The translations under genes and the position numbers were made by a program. The notes under the pieces were generated by a model. That model was given only the letters and a program-made list of their open reading frames with translations. It was not told the DNA's origin and did no database searches. From an uncultured virus (IMG/VR IMGVR_UViG_3300014073_000001) (Duplodnaviria; Heunggongvirae; Uroviricota; Caudoviricetes): 64,000 bases of DNA. Location: the IMG/VR virus record IMGVR_UViG_3300014073_000001; one strand, written 5' to 3'. Positions 61,172-64,000 of the stretch are shown one piece after another. Position 1 is the stretch's first letter, and each line of letters starts with the position of its first letter.

Positions 61172-63745
61172 TTAGATACGAATTTTTTTTCTGACGCTAT
61201 CGTAGAACGCTCTCGCAGCTGCTTCGTATTCAGCTACTTTCGCCATGGCATAATCTTCATCGGATACCCGTGCATCTTGGAAGACTACGGTAGCTGCATC
61301 CAAATCAGTTTTAGCCTGATCAATCTGCGCCTGATAGTTGTGAAATGTATCCGTATCAAAGTAATCTACAAAGTCCGGGGTATTGGTCAGCACACCGTAT
61401 GCTGCGTTGTACGCGGCTTGATAAGCGGTGATTGCTTCAGCAGGAGCTTGCCCGATATTGGTGCCGGCCGTAGTTGTTGCTAACAGGTCTTCGGCAATAT
61501 CGACGGAAACTTGGATCCCGGCTTTATCGGTGCGCCATTTTACGATGAAGGTCTTGAACTCGACGATAGCAGCTGTCAGGTCTGAGATCGCATTCAAGAT
61601 TTCATTGCGGCTTGCGTCACCGTTATCGCGAACCACTTTCGCAGCATCGATAGCGGTTTGTAAGGTAAGCCGCGGAACCACAGCGGCGCAACCAGGAGCA
61701 TCGCCAGGTTGGTGAACAACTAGTAGATTTTCAGCTTCAGAGACTTTGGCCATCAAGTTAGACTTGTCGGTTACAGTCATCGGAACTTCTACGCTGGCAA
61801 GTACATAGCGGGCATCAATGCTTTCGAAGTTGGACTGAAAAGCCACAATGGTTTTGAGAGACAGGTTGTAGTCACTATCAACAAGACCAGTGAACACGTA
61901 TTTATAGCTTACGCTTTCGGAATCACGGTCGACCAAGTTAGGTCGTATGTTTGTTGCATTGACAACGTCGTTCAACCAGATGGCTTGAACTGTGCCTGTT
62001 AATTCAGTATAAGTTCCAAGCAGCAGCTCATCAGCAAATACTTGGAGGGTGGCGCCGACCGGCATGGTCTTACTCAGGGCTAACAGAGTATCGACCGCAA
62101 GAGCAGGATCGAGGTCCGGAGAGAATACAGGATAAGTGGTGGTGACTGCAATCTCTACGGTTTCGCCTACATCGCGGATAACGTCGCCGGTAAAGGCCAT
62201 CTCGGTGCCGGCGATTGCAGCGTCGAGCGCTGCACGGCGGTCAACGATTTTGATCGCTTCGGTATGGCTTGCAAGTACGTAACGCGAGGAAATTACTTCG
62301 AACTCGTCAGACTTGGCGGCGACTGCTTTTACGGTGAGGTCATATTGACCAGGGGTAATGTCGCTGATTACCAGAGACCATTCTTCATTGCCGGAATGTG
62401 CATTAAGCACGGTGCGTGCAATGCTGAAGGCTTTGGATACGAAGAACTCTTTCACTCCGGCTTCAGCTATTACGTAAGTTCCTATGGTAGTGTTGGCATT
62501 TTTCAGCTCGATTAAGGTGCCGATCGGCAAAGCTTTATCGAAGCTTACCATGGAGTCAAGCAGTGTATCAGTGCCGATAGCAGCATCGAACACAGGATAG
62601 GAAACTGATACGGTAGCGGTGATGTCTTCTTCCTTGTCGGCCACTGCAGGAGCAACAGTCACAGAAATCGAAGTCCCGGCGATCGCATTTTGCAATGCGG
62701 CTTCCAGGGGGGAGACATATTCGTCGCCGGCATTAGGAACGCTTACGGCTACATTGTTTACCACCGTAAGCTCAGTACCTGCGGCATTCATTTCATAAGT
62801 AGCATAGTACCAATTCTCGCCAACTTTGAGTGCTATTACGAACCTGCCGCCCTGAACATAATTGCTTCCAACGACCAGATTGGTTTGGCCAGGAGTCAAA
62901 GTGGATTTAATGCTGTCAGGCTGGTCAGCAGGATAGTTGGCAATACCGGTTTGAACTGCACGGTATCCTTCAGGATAGAACAGATAAGCTTCAGACGCAT
63001 CACCGATGCACACCGAATCTTTGAATACTATCGAGAACGGAGCATTACCGCCTACATTTTTAACCCGGGCTACATTCAATATGTTCTCACGAGCATTGTA
63101 AATGGTGATAAGCTTGAAAGATGCGTACTGGTTGCCAGCTGCGGAATAGTAGCGTGTCATAAGTGCCGGCTGTTCCACTGGCAAGCTCAGGATTGCTGCA
63201 TTAACAACCTGACGAAGAGATTCGAGTTCAGCATACTGCGCCCGGATCTCATCAATCTCAGCATTGCTTAATTGAGCCAGCATGTTTTCGTATTCGAACA
63301 GCGCTGTTTCGATAGTCACAACCTTGACAGAGACTTCGGCAGTGCCAATTACAGTGTCACCTTCTTTGATCTCAACATGAATTGTGTATTCGCCTTCTTC
63401 CGCTTCGTCGGAAATTACGGGGTTGACCTCGGTCACTGCACGAAATCCGACTGGCTGAATAAATCCTTCAGGCGGCCCCCATTGGAAGGTAGAATAGGGT
63501 CCGGCCATTTCGTACGGGCCATCATCCGGCGCGTCATCATTTTGAGACGTCATTTTTAGAGAGTTAAATACCTGGTCGAAGTTAACCGGCACGCCGGCTT
63601 TGCTTAACGATAGGAGGGTTTTTAATACACCAGCGTCTTGCTGGAGCACGTTCTCCACGAGAACTTGTTTGGCTTGATTACCGGTTACTGCAATCAGCTC
63701 TTGATTCAGTACCGTAATGCGCATGATATCAGACATTAAATACAC
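61172..63745 (-). CDS. Large surface/virion protein with Ig-like and FIVAR-like repeats (N-terminal part of a frameshifted gene)
   Basis: Two TDK..L...V..AE.LL...G...G...A...L..A..AA helical repeats; duplicated AIAGT...V.YPVF beta domains. Confidence 0.6.
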   Translation of the reverse strand: MYLMSDIMRITVLNQELIAVTGNQAKQVLVENVLQQDAGVLKTLLSLSKAGVPVNFDQVFNSLKMTSQNDDAPDDGPYEMAGPYSTFQWGPPEGFIQPVGFRAVTEVNPVISDEAEEGEYTIHVEIKEGDTVIGTAEVSVKVVTIETALFEYENMLAQLSNAEIDEIRAQYAELESLRQVVNAAILSLPVEQPALMTRYYSAAGNQYASFKLITIYNARENILNVARVKNVGGNAPFSIVFKDSVCIGDASEAYLFYPEGYRAVQTGIANYPADQPDSIKSTLTPGQTNLVVGSNYVQGGRFVIALKVGENWYYATYEMNAAGTELTVVNNVAVSVPNAGDEYVSPLEAALQNAIAGTSISVTVAPAVADKEEDITATVSVSYPVFDAAIGTDTLLDSMVSFDKALPIGTLIELKNANTTIGTYVIAEAGVKEFFVSKAFSIARTVLNAHSGNEEWSLVISDITPGQYDLTVKAVAAKSDEFEVISSRYVLASHTEAIKIVDRRAALDAAIAGTEMAFTGDVIRDVGETVEIAVTTTYPVFSPDLDPALAVDTLLALSKTMPVGATLQVFADELLLGTYTELTGTVQAIWLNDVVNATNIRPNLVDRDSESVSYKYVFTGLVDSDYNLSLKTIVAFQSNFESIDARYVLASVEVPMTVTDKSNLMAKVSEAENLLVVHQPGDAPGCAAVVPRLTLQTAIDAAKVVRDNGDASRNEILNAISDLTAAIVEFKTFIVKWRTDKAGIQVSVDIAEDLLATTTAGTNIGQAPAEAITAYQAAYNAAYGVLTNTPDFVDYFDTDTFHNYQAQIDQAKTDLDAATVVFQDARVSDEDYAMAKVAEYEAAARAFYDSVRKKIRI

Positions 63746-63826
63746 GTCCTCTCCATTGTAATGAATAGGAATTCGATTTGGCTTAAAAGGGATGCAATAA
63801 TGTATTACATCCCTTTCTACCCTTTA

Positions 63827-64000
63827 TCAAGTGGCAACAGGGTCGCCTTTTGCATAAATCTTAAATACTTTTCTTTGGATGGACTGTACATCGATCTCAG
63901 ATTCAATCCGCACATAGAACGGCTTTACTTCGCTATTTGCCATTGTATTGGTCAACGAAATAGTTTCTACGGGAACAAACGGGCTGAGAGTTTCGCTCAG
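63827..64000 (-). CDS. 3' end of a gene entering the window (partial)
   Basis: Open frame LSETLSPFVP...KPFYVRIES...IYAKGDPVAT* from the window edge. Confidence 0.55.
   Translation of the reverse strand: MSETLSPFVPVETISLTNTMANSEVKPFYVRIESEIDVQSIQRKVFKIYAKGDPVAT

Larger units (their letters stand above)
361..64000. mobile_element. Large phage-plasmid (plasmid prophage) segment
   Basis: Iteron replicon, ParAB, TA systems and resolvase co-occur with a sigma factor, tail/fibre, holin-like and hydrolase genes; no chromosomal housekeeping synteny. Capsid and terminase are not in this window. Confidence 0.75.

Noticed and set aside
30603..63559. Numerous + strand ORFs (e.g. 62690..63271, 34658..35146, 43603..44019) opposite the long - strand genes
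   Set aside because: Antisense shadows of well-supported CDSs, with no SD or motifs.
1..64000. tRNA/rRNA genes and IS elements
   Set aside because: None were recognised by eye; a tRNAscan/Infernal/IS search would be needed to exclude them.

Overview
The window looks like part of a large phage-plasmid (a plasmid-maintained temperate phage) of a Bacillota host. Negativicutes is a guess from protein style only. The left ~27 kb, mostly + strand, holds maintenance, replication and accessory functions. These are ParA/ParB with a perfect 16-1-16 palindrome, a PemK/MazF-type TA pair, an XRE regulator and a primase-like/CHC2-zinc-finger protein. Also present are a 3D-domain protein, ClpP-ClpX, a clostridial-type SSB, a SNF2-like helicase and a Rep_3-type initiator with about 15 iteron copies and a DnaA box. 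A 950-aa lysozyme-like/M23 protein, a tyrosine recombinase preceded by a loxP-shaped 13-8-13 site, and a probable type I TA locus complete this arm. Decayed genes (guanylate kinase, MCP, PcrA/UvrD) are interspersed. The right ~36 kb is - strand: a sigma-70-family factor, probable virion/tail proteins, holin-like genes and a large FIVAR/acidic-repeat/DNRLRE gene split by a -1 frameshift at an A8 tract. The most striking feature is a ~12-kb tightly coupled cassette inside the tail module. It encodes eight radical-SAM enzymes, a PLP-dependent enzyme and five unknown proteins, directly behind a 225-aa fibre-like protein ending CHRNCHNNCHGSRGRR. This is a candidate RiPP-like system for modifying a virion protein. 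All calls come from motif reading by eye; no database searches were run.
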